DNA of 64,000 bases, taken from assembly GCA_963766735.1 (NCBI GenBank), contig CAVYBU010000017.1:128001-192000 (forward strand), given 5' to 3'. Each line of letters begins with the position of its first letter. Within the stretch, counting starts at the first letter, position 1. This document shows positions 17,374-26,750 of the stretch, piece after piece. Under the pieces are notes generated by a model that worked only from the letters and a program-made list of their open reading frames with translations, searched no databases and was not told the DNA's origin. Position numbers and translations under genes: made by a program. This DNA is from an uncultured Chloroflexia bacterium. Its GTDB lineage: Bacteria > Chloroflexota > Limnocylindria > Limnocylindrales > CSP1-4.

Positions 17374-18222
17374 TCACGCCTCCGCCGTCTTCGACCGTCT
17401 TCCGGCCGGCGCCGGCATCGCGACCTCGATCCCCTTCGCCCGGTCCACGTAGGTCCCGACGGGGTAGGCGGCCATGACCTCGGTGGCCAGCCGCTCCATC
17501 GCCTCCGACGGCGTCATGCCCCAGCCAACCGGGCACGTGGACAGCACCTCAACGATGCCGAAGCCCTGACCCTCCCGCTGGACCTCGAACGCCCGGCGAA
17601 TCGCGGCCTTCGCCTTGCCCACGAGGCCCGGGTCGGCCACGGACACTCGGGCGGCATACATGACGCCCGGCAGCAGCGACAGCATCTCCGTGACCGGGAG
17701 TGGGTAGCCGGTGGTGGCGGTGTCCCGCCCAAGGGTGCTGGACGTCGTCTTCTGGCCGGCCAGCGTGGTCGGGGCCATCTGGCCGCCCGTCATGCCGTAG
17801 ATCCCGTTGTTGACGAAGATCGTGGTGAACCGCTCTCCGCGGGCGGCGGCATGCACGATCTCAGCGGTGCCGATGGCGGCGAGGTCCCCGTCGCCCTGGT
17901 AGGTGAATACGGTCCGGTCCGGGCGGACGCGCTTGACACCCGTTGCCACGGCCGCTGCCCGGCCGTGCGGCGATTCGACGGCATCGAGCCGAAGGTAGTC
18001 GAAGGCAAAGACCGAGCACCCGACCGAACCGACGAGGATCGTCTCGCCGCCGAGATCCAGCTCCTCGAGGACCTCTGCCAGGAGCCGGTGCACGATGCCG
18101 TGTCCGCAGCCCGGACAGTAGCTGGTGGGGTTGGTGAGCAGGAGTGGGCGCCGGTAGACAACCTTGCCCTCGGTCATCGGACCAGTGGCGCCGTCGGCGC
18201 CCGCCTCCTGCGCCGTGTTCAC
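17374..18222 (-). CDS. 2-oxoacid:ferredoxin oxidoreductase beta subunit (TPP-binding)
   Basis: YCPGCGHG, HGRA, YQGDGD, NNGIYGMTGGQ, LSTCP motifs. Confidence 0.92.
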   Translation of the reverse strand: MNTAQEAGADGATGPMTEGKVVYRRPLLLTNPTSYCPGCGHGIVHRLLAEVLEELDLGGETILVGSVGCSVFAFDYLRLDAVESPHGRAAAVATGVKRVRPDRTVFTYQGDGDLAAIGTAEIVHAAARGERFTTIFVNNGIYGMTGGQMAPTTLAGQKTTSSTLGRDTATTGYPLPVTEMLSLLPGVMYAARVSVADPGLVGKAKAAIRRAFEVQREGQGFGIVEVLSTCPVGWGMTPSEAMERLATEVMAAYPVGTYVDRAKGIEVAMPAPAGRRSKTAEA

Positions 18223-19373
18223 GACCCACCCCCGTCGCTCGTGGACCAGCAATTGCGCATCGCGTCGACGATCTCGTCGGGACTCGGCACCATGCCCCCC
18301 ATCCGGCCGTGGTGGAAGACCGGGACCGCCCCCTCGATCGCCAGCCTCACGTCCTCGACCATCTGGCCGGCGGACATCTCCACGGCCAGCACGGCGCGGG
18401 CGTCGCGAGCGGCCTCGCGCAACTGCTCGGCCGGGAACGGCCACAGGGTGATCGGCCGGAACAGCCCGGCCCGCAGGCCCGCCTCACGGGCTCGCCCCAC
18501 CGCCGTCCGGGCGATCCGGGCGGCCGTCCCGTACGCGACCACCACGACCTCCGCGCCGTCGAGGGACTCGCCGGCCCAGCGTTGCTCCCTCGTCGTGATC
18601 TCCGCGTACGTGGCCTGTAGTTCGATGTTGTGGCGCTCGAGGTCTTCAGGGTGCAGGTGCATGGACTTGACGACGCGAGGCCCGCGCCCGGCCGCGCCTT
18701 CCAGCACCCAGTCGGGGCGTGTTCGCTCGAGGGCACGGAACCCCGGTATCACGGGCTCCATCGCCTGGCCGATGATCCCGTCTGCCAGGAGGAGCACCGG
18801 CGTCCGGTATCGCTCTGCCAGCACGAAGGCATCACGCACGAGGTCGATCGCTTCCGAGATGGAGGACGGCGCCAGCACCGGCACCCGGTAGTCGCCGTGG
18901 CCGTGGCCCTTGACCGCCTGGAGGTAGTCACCCTGAGCGGCGCCGATGCTGCCGAGACCTGGCCCGCCGCGCATGACGTTGACCAGCACCACGGGCAGCC
19001 GCGACCCGGCCATGTAGGACATCGCCTCGGCCATCAGGCTGATCCCGGGGCTGGAGCTGGAAACGAGGACCCTTGCCCCCGCGGCCGAGGCGCCGAGCGC
19101 CATGTTGATCGCGGCCAGCTCGCTCTCGGCCTGGACGTACACGCGGCCTTCCTCGGGCATGCGGCGCGCCATCCATTCCAGGAGCTCGGCTTGGGGGGTG
19201 ATCGGGTAGCCGAAGTAGGCGTCGCACCCGGCGGCGATCGCGGCCTCGGCGATCGCCTCGTTGCCCTTCATCAGGACCCGGTCCTGAAGGGGGGACGCCT
19301 CGCCGCCGGTCCCTGGCGGCGAGGCGGCGGGGCGGGGGCGCGCGGCGACCCCCGGGCGGGCGAGGGCGGCCAT
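18219..19373 (-). CDS. 2-oxoacid:ferredoxin oxidoreductase alpha subunit (2-oxoisovalerate VorB-like)
   Basis: LMKGNEAIAEAA, GYPITPQ, QAESE, RGGPGLG, GHGDY, VEMSAGQM motifs. Confidence 0.92.
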   Translation of the reverse strand: MAALARPGVAARPRPAASPPGTGGEASPLQDRVLMKGNEAIAEAAIAAGCDAYFGYPITPQAELLEWMARRMPEEGRVYVQAESELAAINMALGASAAGARVLVSSSSPGISLMAEAMSYMAGSRLPVVLVNVMRGGPGLGSIGAAQGDYLQAVKGHGHGDYRVPVLAPSSISEAIDLVRDAFVLAERYRTPVLLLADGIIGQAMEPVIPGFRALERTRPDWVLEGAAGRGPRVVKSMHLHPEDLERHNIELQATYAEITTREQRWAGESLDGAEVVVVAYGTAARIARTAVGRAREAGLRAGLFRPITLWPFPAEQLREAARDARAVLAVEMSAGQMVEDVRLAIEGAVPVFHHGRMGGMVPSPDEIVDAMRNCWSTSDGGGS

Positions 19374-19377
19374 CGGA

Positions 19378-19662
19378 TCAGGCCTTCCTGGGGCGGGCGA
19401 AGATAGTGAGCGCGGCGTCCGGGCACATCCGGGCGCACTTCGCGCAGCTCGTGCAGACGTCGGGAATCTCGAGCTTCACGTGGTGGTGCCCCATCGCGTT
19501 GAGCTGTCCGGTGTCGAGAGCCAGGGCGCCTGGAGTGCAGACGTCGATGCAGAGCCCGCAGCCCTTGCACAGCTCGGCCGCCACGAGGACGGGACGGAAT
19601 GGAGCGGAACCGTTCGGGAGACGTCGAAGCGGGGCGTCGACAAACGGTACGGACATGGCCAT
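19378..19662 (-). CDS. 2x[4Fe-4S] ferredoxin (oxidoreductase delta subunit)
   Basis: CKGCGLCIDVC and CTSCAKCARMCP motifs. Confidence 0.9.
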   Translation of the reverse strand: MAMSVPFVDAPLRRLPNGSAPFRPVLVAAELCKGCGLCIDVCTPGALALDTGQLNAMGHHHVKLEIPDVCTSCAKCARMCPDAALTIFARPRKA

Positions 19663-19810
19663 TCAGGCACCTCCGGCACGAGAATGACCCCACGGAGGGT
19701 GGGCTGGCAGGGCCGAACCGTCGGATGCGGACAGGCCGGAGTGCCCGACGCTGGACTCATCCCGGGCGGGGTCACCCGGCGCGGTGGGCACTAGCGCCGC
19801 GCCGGGTGTC

Positions 19811-20266
19811 CTACGTGGGCAGCCCGCGACGCTTCGGCGCGTCGCCGGCAAGCTCCCGGACCCGCGCGACCAGCTCCTGTTCCGTCAGGCGCTCGGCCGG
19901 CGCGGCATGCACGGTGCGGCGGCGGCCGCGCCGGCGGTCGTGAGCGCGCAGGCTTCGCTCCAGGCGCTCCCGGACCATGCCGGGCCCCACGACGTGCACG
20001 TCACCGTCCGGCGGCAGATGCCCGGCCACATCCTCGACGAACGCCACGAGACGCGCCCGGCGCGCCCGGTCGACATCCTCCGGCCCGGCCCCGCCCCCGT
20101 GGCGGACCGCGGGATCAACGCGGACGTGGCCGGTCGAGCGATGCCGACCGGGAACATCGGAGCGGATGCGCTCGACGGTCGCCCGGTCGGCCCAGCGGAC
20201 GATGATCGCCTCCTCGCTGTCGATCCAAACCAGGGTCGTGGCGGTCTCCGCGACTTGCAGTTGCAT
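19811..20266 (-). CDS. Small protein resembling the eRF1/pelota middle domain or host-attachment family
   Basis: LVWIDSEEAIIV strand, VHVVGPGMVRERL and ERLTEQELVARVR pattern. The family call is tentative. Confidence 0.55.
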   Translation of the reverse strand: MQLQVAETATTLVWIDSEEAIIVRWADRATVERIRSDVPGRHRSTGHVRVDPAVRHGGGAGPEDVDRARRARLVAFVEDVAGHLPPDGDVHVVGPGMVRERLERSLRAHDRRRGRRRTVHAAPAERLTEQELVARVRELAGDAPKRRGLPT

Positions 20267-20279
20267 TCCTGGGTCCTCG

Positions 20280-20798
20280 TCACCTGGCCCAGGCCGGCTG
20301 ACCGTCGTCCTGGGTGAGATCCGCCCAGGCCACGCCTGCCGCGCGCTCCCAGGCCGGCCGATCCACGTGCACCGTGTAGCGGTGGCTTCCCGCGTGGAAG
20401 GCGATCTCCGGAACCTCCCGCAGCGCGAAGTCCGCGTAGACGGGGAGCTCGAAGAGGTCGGGCACCGGCGGGATCGTGCCGGGCTCGCAGTCCGGCGCCA
20501 GGGCGGCGAACTCGGTCTCCGTCAGGATCCTCACGTCCGTGGTTCCCAGGAGCCGGCGGGCCTTGGCCAGGTCGACATGGTCGGGGGCGTCGACAACGAG
20601 CAGGACCTGTCGTCCGTCAGCCGCCGCGATCCCGACGACCTTGGCGAAACAGCGCGGGTCGGTGTGATCGGCGCGGGCCGTCGCCTCCGCGGTGAACGTC
20701 TCGGGGTGCTCGTGCAGCTCGTACTCCACCCGCCGGGTCGCGAGCCAGTCGATGAGGCCGGCGTGAGGACCTGCGTCCGGGCGCAACTCGACGGCCAT
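20280..20798 (-). CDS. YbaK/EbsC family aminoacyl-tRNA deacylase-like protein
   Basis: HPETFTA, FAKVV, PDCEPGTIPP, IAFHAGSH motifs. Confidence 0.85.
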   Translation of the reverse strand: MAVELRPDAGPHAGLIDWLATRRVEYELHEHPETFTAEATARADHTDPRCFAKVVGIAAADGRQVLLVVDAPDHVDLAKARRLLGTTDVRILTETEFAALAPDCEPGTIPPVPDLFELPVYADFALREVPEIAFHAGSHRYTVHVDRPAWERAAGVAWADLTQDDGQPAWAR

Positions 20799-21008
20799 CG
20801 GATGCCTCCTCTGGGGGCTGGATGCCGCGGGCCCGTGCCCGCGGGGCTCCGAACCAGACCGGAGTCTGCGCGTCCCGCCCGACGATGGCGAGAGGCATCG
20901 GTCGGGGTCGAGCGGGGCGGATGGCCCTGTCGGCGGCCGTGGCCCGTGGCTGGCCGCATCCTCCGCGCACCGGCGGCGCCGTGGCCCGGGCCGTGTCCCG
21001 CCGCGGAC

Positions 21009-21022
21009 GGGCCAATGGACCC
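21009..21022. promoter_or_regulatory. DosR-box-like palindrome GGGCCAATGGACCC
   Basis: Reverse complement GGGTCCATTGGCCC differs at two positions from the 3714 site. Lies between divergent ybaK-like and arsR-like genes. Confidence 0.5.
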
Positions 21023-21045
21023 GGTGGATGTGACAGATGGCACTC

Positions 21046-21061
21046 ATGCGCATCTGCGAAT
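21046..21061. promoter_or_regulatory. Candidate ArsR (SqrR/BigR-type) operator ATGC-N8-GAAT
   Basis: ATGCGCATCTGCGAAT, one mismatch to ATTC-N8-GAAT, in an AT-rich patch directly upstream of the ArsR gene. Confidence 0.5.
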
Positions 21062-21078
21062 ATATCGATGATACGGTC

Positions 21079-21423
21079 ATGGACGAGATCACAACCCTGC
21101 AAGCGGAGGTCCTGAAGACGCTGGCAAACCCGCGCCGGCTGGAGATCATCCACCGCCTTGCGCTGGGGCCCTGCGAGGTCGGCCGGCTCGCCGAGGAGCT
21201 CGGTGCCAGCCAGCCCAACGTGTCCCAGCACCTTTCCGTTCTCCGGGCTGCCGGCATCGTGGACGCAGAACGCGACGGTCGCGAGGTCCGCTATCGGCTG
21301 ACGGATCCGGACGTCATCGTTGCCTGCAACGTCATGCGCGGCGTGCTGCAGCGCCGCCTCACCCGCCTCGGGCGCCTGTCAGATCTTGACCAGGCCGCCG
21401 CCGAGCTCATCGAGATCCAGTAA
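21079..21423 (+). CDS. ArsR/SmtB family transcriptional repressor
   Basis: LKTLANPRRLEII, SQPNVSQHLSVLR, REVRYRL winged HTH, with two Cys residues. Confidence 0.92.
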   Translation: MDEITTLQAEVLKTLANPRRLEIIHRLALGPCEVGRLAEELGASQPNVSQHLSVLRAAGIVDAERDGREVRYRLTDPDVIVACNVMRGVLQRRLTRLGRLSDLDQAAAELIEIQ

Positions 21424-21443
21424 CCCGAGCGAGGAGCCAACGC

Positions 21444-21857
21444 GTGGACGAAACGATCAACCTGGTGCTGTTCTCGGGCACGGACGACAAGCTCCAGGCG
21501 GCCGCCATCATGACCGCCGGGGCCGCCGCCCTGGGCAAGCCCGTCAACGTCTTCCTGCAGTACTGGGCCCTCCGGGCCTTCACCAAGGCAGAGATCGGTG
21601 TGGACCACGGCCTCGCCGCCGAGGCGGGCGAGTCCGGCCGCGCCGCGGTCGACGCCCTCGCGAAGGCTGGCCAGGCGAGCTGGGCGGAGACGCTGCGCCA
21701 GGCCAAGGAGCTGGGCGAGGTCGACATCCAGGCCTGCTCGCTGTCCATGGACGTCCTCCAGATCGAGGAGGAGGACCTGGACCCGCTCGTGGATGGCGTC
21801 GAGGGCGTCACGGCCTTCTACCTCAATGCCGGCGACGGCCGGATCATCTTCATCTAG
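21444..21857 (+). CDS. DsrE/DsrF/DrsH-like sulfur relay protein
   Basis: LVLFSGTDDK, IQACSLSMD conserved Cys, VEGVTAF. Confidence 0.85.
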   Translation: MDETINLVLFSGTDDKLQAAAIMTAGAAALGKPVNVFLQYWALRAFTKAEIGVDHGLAAEAGESGRAAVDALAKAGQASWAETLRQAKELGEVDIQACSLSMDVLQIEEEDLDPLVDGVEGVTAFYLNAGDGRIIFI

Positions 21858-21900
21858 GACCACGATCGTGGCGCCCATCGCCGCGAGGAAGGAGCACACG

Positions 21901-22134
21901 ATGACCCAGGCCGCCGACGTGACGGTCGACGCACGCGGGCTGAACTGCCCGATGCCCATCGTCAAGACCGCGCAGGCCGTCAAGGGCCTCACATCCGGAC
22001 AACTCCTGGAGGTGCTGGCCACCGACCCCGGGTCGGTCAAGGACTTCGCCGCCTGGTCGAAGTCGACCGGCAACGAGCTGGTCGAGCAGACCGTTGACGG
22101 CAGCGTGTTCCGTTTCGTCATGCGCAAGAAGTAG
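21901..22134 (+). CDS. tusA: TusA-family sulfurtransferase
   Basis: VDARGLNCPMPIVK and LEVLATDPGSVKDF signature. Confidence 0.9.
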   Translation: MTQAADVTVDARGLNCPMPIVKTAQAVKGLTSGQLLEVLATDPGSVKDFAAWSKSTGNELVEQTVDGSVFRFVMRKK

Positions 22135-22144
22135 GGATCCCCCG

Positions 22145-22690
22145 ATGACTGTCGCAGAACCCATCGCCACCCCGGAGACCCTGCCCGCACTCGCCGCGGA
22201 GCCCGAGGAGAGCACGTCCCAGAGCCTCGCGTTCATCTGCTACAGCGGTGAGCTCGAGAAGATCTGGGCCGGCATGATCCTCGCCTCCACCGCCGGCGCC
22301 ATGGGGATGCCGACCAAGGTGTTCGTCACCTTCTGGGGCCTCCAGGCGTTCGTCAAGGACGGCAAGCGCATCACCGGCGACAACTGGATGCAGAAGATGA
22401 TGTCGGCGATGCAGCGCCCCGGCATCGCCCACCGCAAGCTGTCCAAGATGAACTTCCTGGGCATGGGCCCGTGGATGATGCGCAAGCTCGCGAAGCAGTA
22501 CAACGTGTCGAGCCCCAAGGAGCTGCTCGAGATGGCCCAGGCGCTGGGCGTCGAGTTCATCCCCTGCCAGATGACCATGGACATGTTCGGCATCAAGCGC
22601 GAGGACCTCATGGACGGGATGGGGGAGCCTGTCGGCGCCGCCACCTACCTCGGCTACGTCAGCGACGGCGCGTCCCCGATCTTCATCTGA
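22145..22690 (+). CDS. DsrE2-type (DrsE_2) sulfur relay protein
   Basis: FVTFWGL, LSKMNFLGMG, FIPCQMTMDMFG, VGAATYL motifs. Confidence 0.88.
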   Translation: MTVAEPIATPETLPALAAEPEESTSQSLAFICYSGELEKIWAGMILASTAGAMGMPTKVFVTFWGLQAFVKDGKRITGDNWMQKMMSAMQRPGIAHRKLSKMNFLGMGPWMMRKLAKQYNVSSPKELLEMAQALGVEFIPCQMTMDMFGIKREDLMDGMGEPVGAATYLGYVSDGASPIFI

Positions 22691-22769
22691 TCCACCCTGC
22701 CCTGGCCGCGGCGAGGGGCGAGCCGTCCCGCCCGCCCCGCCCCGCCGTGCCCCTCACGAGGAACCTCCG

Positions 22770-23018
22770 ATGACCGAAGCCACTATCCCGACCATCACCC
22801 TCACGCTGGACGCCCGCGGCAGCTTCTGCCCGGGCCCGCTGATGGAGCTCATCCGCGGCATGAAGGAGTCCGACGTGGGCGACGTGCTCGCCATCCTGTC
22901 CACGGACAAGGGCAGCAAGACAGACATCCCGAAGTGGATCGGCAAGGCCGGCCACAACCTGATCGGCGTCTTCGCCCGGGATGGTTACGACGAGATCATC
23001 GTCGAGAAGGTCCGGTAG
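22770..23018 (+). CDS. Second TusA-family sulfurtransferase
   Basis: LDARGSFCPGPLMEL and STDKGSKTDIPKW. Confidence 0.88.
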   Translation: MTEATIPTITLTLDARGSFCPGPLMELIRGMKESDVGDVLAILSTDKGSKTDIPKWIGKAGHNLIGVFARDGYDEIIVEKVR

Positions 23019-23025
23019 GCGTCCC

Positions 23026-24226
23026 ATGCAGCACGTCGTCGTGTTGGGCGGCGGCGTGGGGGGAACCCTCGCCGCCAACCTGATCGCCCGCAAGCTCAAG
23101 AAGCAGATCGCCGCCGGCGAGGCGAAGGTGACGGTCGTGGACGCGACCGGCGTCCACGCCTACCAGCCCGGCTACATGTACATCGCGATGGGCCAGGAGC
23201 GTGCCGAGAAGCTCGCTCGTCCGGAGCGGAAGCTCCTCGACGGCAACGTCGAGCTGGTCGTGGACACCATCGAGCGCATCGACCCCGCTGGCCAGTGGGT
23301 CCAGCTCGCGTCCGGCAACCGTCTCGACTACGCGCAGCTGGTGATCGCCACCGGGTCGCGGATCATGCCCCAGGAGATCGACAACTTCGACACCGAGGCG
23401 CACCACTTCTACACGGCCGAGGCTTCCGCCAAGCTCCGCAAGGCGCTCGATGCGTTCAGCGGCGGCAAGATCGTGATCGGCATCGCGGGCATTCCGTACA
23501 AGTGCCCCCCGGCGCCCCTCGAGGTCGCGTTCCTGATCGAGTCCGAGCTCCGCGACCGAGGGCTCCGTGACAAGACCGAGCTCACGTTCCTCTCGCCCAT
23601 CAACCGCGCGTTCACCATCGAGAGCGTGTCGGACATGGCCACCCCGATCTTCGAGGAGAAGGGGATCAAGCTCGAGCTCCTGGCCGGCGTGTCGCGAGAT
23701 CGACGCCGAGCGCAAGGTGGTCATCACCGATGCGTTCGAGGAGCACCCGTACGACCTGCTCATCTGCGTGCCCCCGCACAAGGGCGCCCAGGCCATCGTC
23801 GACTCCGGCCTCGCCCCGAAGTCCGGCTGGCTGCCGACCGACCGCAACACCCTGCAGGTGAAGACCGTCGCCAAGCCGGCACCCGGCCAGGCCGATGCCG
23901 ACGTCCCGCGGTTCGCGAACATCTACGCCCTCGGCGACACCACGGACCTGCCGCTGTCCAAGGCGGGCTCCACGGCCCACTTCGAGGCGCCGATCGTGGC
24001 CGAGCGTGTGGCCGCCGCCGTCCTGGGCCGCAAGCCCGAGGGCAAGCACGCCAACTACACCGGCAAGGTCATGTGCTTCTTCGAGGTCGGCGACGGGAAG
24101 GGCACGCTCCTCCAGTTCGACTACGAGCACCCGCCGAAGCCGCCCAAGCCGGGGAAGCTCTGGCACCTGGGCAAGATCGTGTTCAACAAGACCTACTGGC
24201 ACACCGTGCCCAAGGGCCGCGTCTAG
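23026..24226 (+). CDS. sqr: Sulfide:quinone oxidoreductase-like flavoprotein, with an apparent +1 frameshift near 23695
   Basis: VVLGGGVGG FAD motif, YQPG, LVIATG, PYKCPPAP in the first frame; IYALGD, KAGSTA, GKVMCFFEVG in the next frame. Removing one base at GTG TCG C GAG ATC restores about 399 aa. Confidence 0.8.
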
Positions 24227-24255
24227 CACCCCCCGTGGGCGGTAGCATCCGCTCC

Positions 24256-25354
24256 ATGGTGGACAACCCGATCCGGTCACTCGATCCCCGCTCGCTGCTG
24301 CCGTCCGTGGCCGTGCTGGCGGGGATCGTGCTGCTTGGCGCAGCCCTGATGGTCGCCCAGGGCCTCGTTCGCGACCGTCGCCTTCGGAGCGCTCGCGGCG
24401 ATCATCTGCCGCCGGCTGCAGCTGCTCCTGCTGGGGCGTGGCCTGGGGTCGAAGTCGGCCATCACGGTGACAGTCACCGCCTTCGTCCTGGTCATCAGCT
24501 CCCTGGCCGTGGCGTTCGTGGCGTCGATGATCGCCCTGGCCTCGGAGCTCTCGGGCCAGTCCGAGGCGCTTGCCGAGCAACTGGGGGCTCTCGCCGAGAG
24601 CTTCGGACTGGCCACGGGCCTGCCGCCGGACTCCGTGCCGCAGATCGACGTATCGGTGCTGCTGGCGGCCGTCCGCTCCCTGCTGGGGCTGATTGCGCCG
24701 GCCGTGACCGGGCTGCTGATGGCTTTCCTGATCGTGACCTACCTGCTGCTCGATGCGAACAACCTGCGGGCTCGAATGCTCCGGGTCACCTCGTCCGGGA
24801 TCATTGCCCGCTACGACGCCCTGGCCGTGGAGCTGGTGGTCTACATCAAGGTGCGTGCCGTGCTGGGCGCGGCCGCCGCCGTGGCCGACGTCGTGCTCCT
24901 CCTGGTGCTCGGCGTTCCCTACGCGCTGCTCTGGGGGGTCGTCTCGTTCCTGTTCAGCTTCGTGCCGAACATCGGGTTCGTCCTCGCCCTCATTCCGCCG
25001 ACGGTTCTTGCGTTCCTCGAGGGCGGGATCGGGCCGGCCCTGGCCGTGGTCGTGGGGTATACGGTGATCAACCTCGCGTTCGACTACGTGCTGCAGCCGC
25101 GGATGATGTCGACGGAGCTGGAGATCAGCCCGGTCGTCGTGATCGTGTCCATCCTGTTCTGGACGTTCGTGATCGGCGCCATGGGCGCACTCCTGGCGGT
25201 GCCGCTGACGATCGCGTTGCGCGCGGTGCTGCTGCCGTATCCGGGGGCGCGCTGGTTCGTGGCCCTGCTGGGCCCCGTACCGGATGAGGCGGCTGAGCCG
25301 GCCGGGTCCGTCCCGGACACAGCCGAGCCCGTCGCGGAGGCCGAACCCGGATGA
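24256..25354 (+). CDS. AI-2E family transporter, with an apparent +1 frameshift near 24367
   Basis: Hydrophobic N-terminus MVDNP...AQGL continues one frame over as FATVAFGALAAII. Contains FVPNIG, QPRMM and GALLAVP family motifs. Confidence 0.8.
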
Positions 25355-26691
25355 CCGGGCGCGTCTTCCGCCGGTCAACCTCGCCCGACCCGCCCGTCGC
25401 GGTCTCGGCGCACGGCTCCACCATCGTGGACGCCGACGGGCGCGAGTACCTGGACGCCGCGGGCGGCGCCATCGTCGTCAACGTGGGTCACGGGCGCCGG
25501 GAGATCGCGGATGCCATCGCGGAGCAGGCCGCCCGCCTCTCGTACGCGCACGGGTCCGCGTTCACGACCGAGCCGCTCGAGCAGTATGCCGCGGAGGTGG
25601 GCGCTCACCTGCCCGTGGCCGATCCTGCGATCTACCCGGTGTCGGGCGGGTCCGAGGCGGTCGAGACGGCGCTCAAGCTGGCTCGTGCCGTGCAGATCGC
25701 CCGCGGCGAGACAGATCGCTGGGTGGTGTTCTCGCGCTGGAGCAGCTACCACGGCAACACGCTGGGGGCGCTCGACCTGTCGGGGCGCAAGCCGCTCCGC
25801 CGCCCGTACGAGGGCTGGCTCGGGCGGTTCCGGCACGTGAGCGCGGCCTACCCGTACCGCGGCGGGGAGCCCGGTGCCCATGCCCTCGGGAGTTCGGCAG
25901 AGCTTGCCGATGAGCTGGACCGCGCGATCACGACCGCCGGGCCCGGCACCGTGGCGGCCTTCGTCGGCGAGCCGATCGTCGGGGCGACGCTGGGTGCCGT
26001 CGAGCCGCCCGCCGGGTACTGGCCGGCGATCGCGGAGGTCTGCCGGCGTCACGGCGTTCTCCTGATCGCGGACGAGGTCATGACCGGGTTCGGGCGCACG
26101 GGAACCTGGTTCGGGATGGACCACTACGGCGTGCAGCCAGACCTGCTGGTTGCCGCCAAGGGCGCCACGTCCGGTTACTGGCCCTTCGGGTTCGTGGCGG
26201 CGGCGGGAGCGCTGGTGGACGAGGTGACGGCGGCCGGTGCCTTCGTCCACGGGTTCACCTACTCGCACCAGCCCGGGGCGGCGGCGGTCGCGCGGGAGGT
26301 GTTGCGGATCCTGGAGGCGGAGTCGCTGGTGGATGCGTCTGCCGTGAAGGGGGAAAGGCTCAAGGCGCTGCTGGTGGACCGGCTTGGCGATCATCCGGCC
26401 GTGGGCGACATCCGCGGGCGCGGGCTGATGGTCGGCGTGGAGCTCGTCCGCGACCGGGAGACGCGTGAGGCCTATCCGCGGGCGGCCAGGCTGGTCGAGG
26501 CCGTGCTGCGGATCGCGCGCGGGCGCGGCCTGCTGCTCTACTCGGGGACCGGCAACGCCAACGGGGTGGATGGTGACATCGTCCTGATGGGACCGCCGTT
26601 CGTGATCACGGACGCTGAGCTGGAGCGGGTCGCCGACGGGCTGCGTGAGGCGCTGGACCTGGCGCTCGGAGAGATCGCCGGCCACCGGTAG
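25351..26691 (+). CDS. Class III PLP-dependent aminotransferase
   Basis: YLDAAGG, SGGSEAVE, SYHGNT, LIADEVMTGFGRTG, AAKG (PLP lysine), HGFTY. Confidence 0.92.
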   Translation: MTGRVFRRSTSPDPPVAVSAHGSTIVDADGREYLDAAGGAIVVNVGHGRREIADAIAEQAARLSYAHGSAFTTEPLEQYAAEVGAHLPVADPAIYPVSGGSEAVETALKLARAVQIARGETDRWVVFSRWSSYHGNTLGALDLSGRKPLRRPYEGWLGRFRHVSAAYPYRGGEPGAHALGSSAELADELDRAITTAGPGTVAAFVGEPIVGATLGAVEPPAGYWPAIAEVCRRHGVLLIADEVMTGFGRTGTWFGMDHYGVQPDLLVAAKGATSGYWPFGFVAAAGALVDEVTAAGAFVHGFTYSHQPGAAAVAREVLRILEAESLVDASAVKGERLKALLVDRLGDHPAVGDIRGRGLMVGVELVRDRETREAYPRAARLVEAVLRIARGRGLLLYSGTGNANGVDGDIVLMGPPFVITDAELERVADGLREALDLALGEIAGHR

Positions 26692-26750
26692 GTCCAATCG
26701 CGCCTCATGTGCGGGGGGCGATCTCCTGCGGCGGGTCGCAGAGTCGCGAC

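Noticed and set aside
22981-25287. 768-aa SQR-membrane protein fusion in the ORF track
   Set aside because: Produced by frameshifts in sqr and the AI-2E gene. The intervening translation is off-frame.
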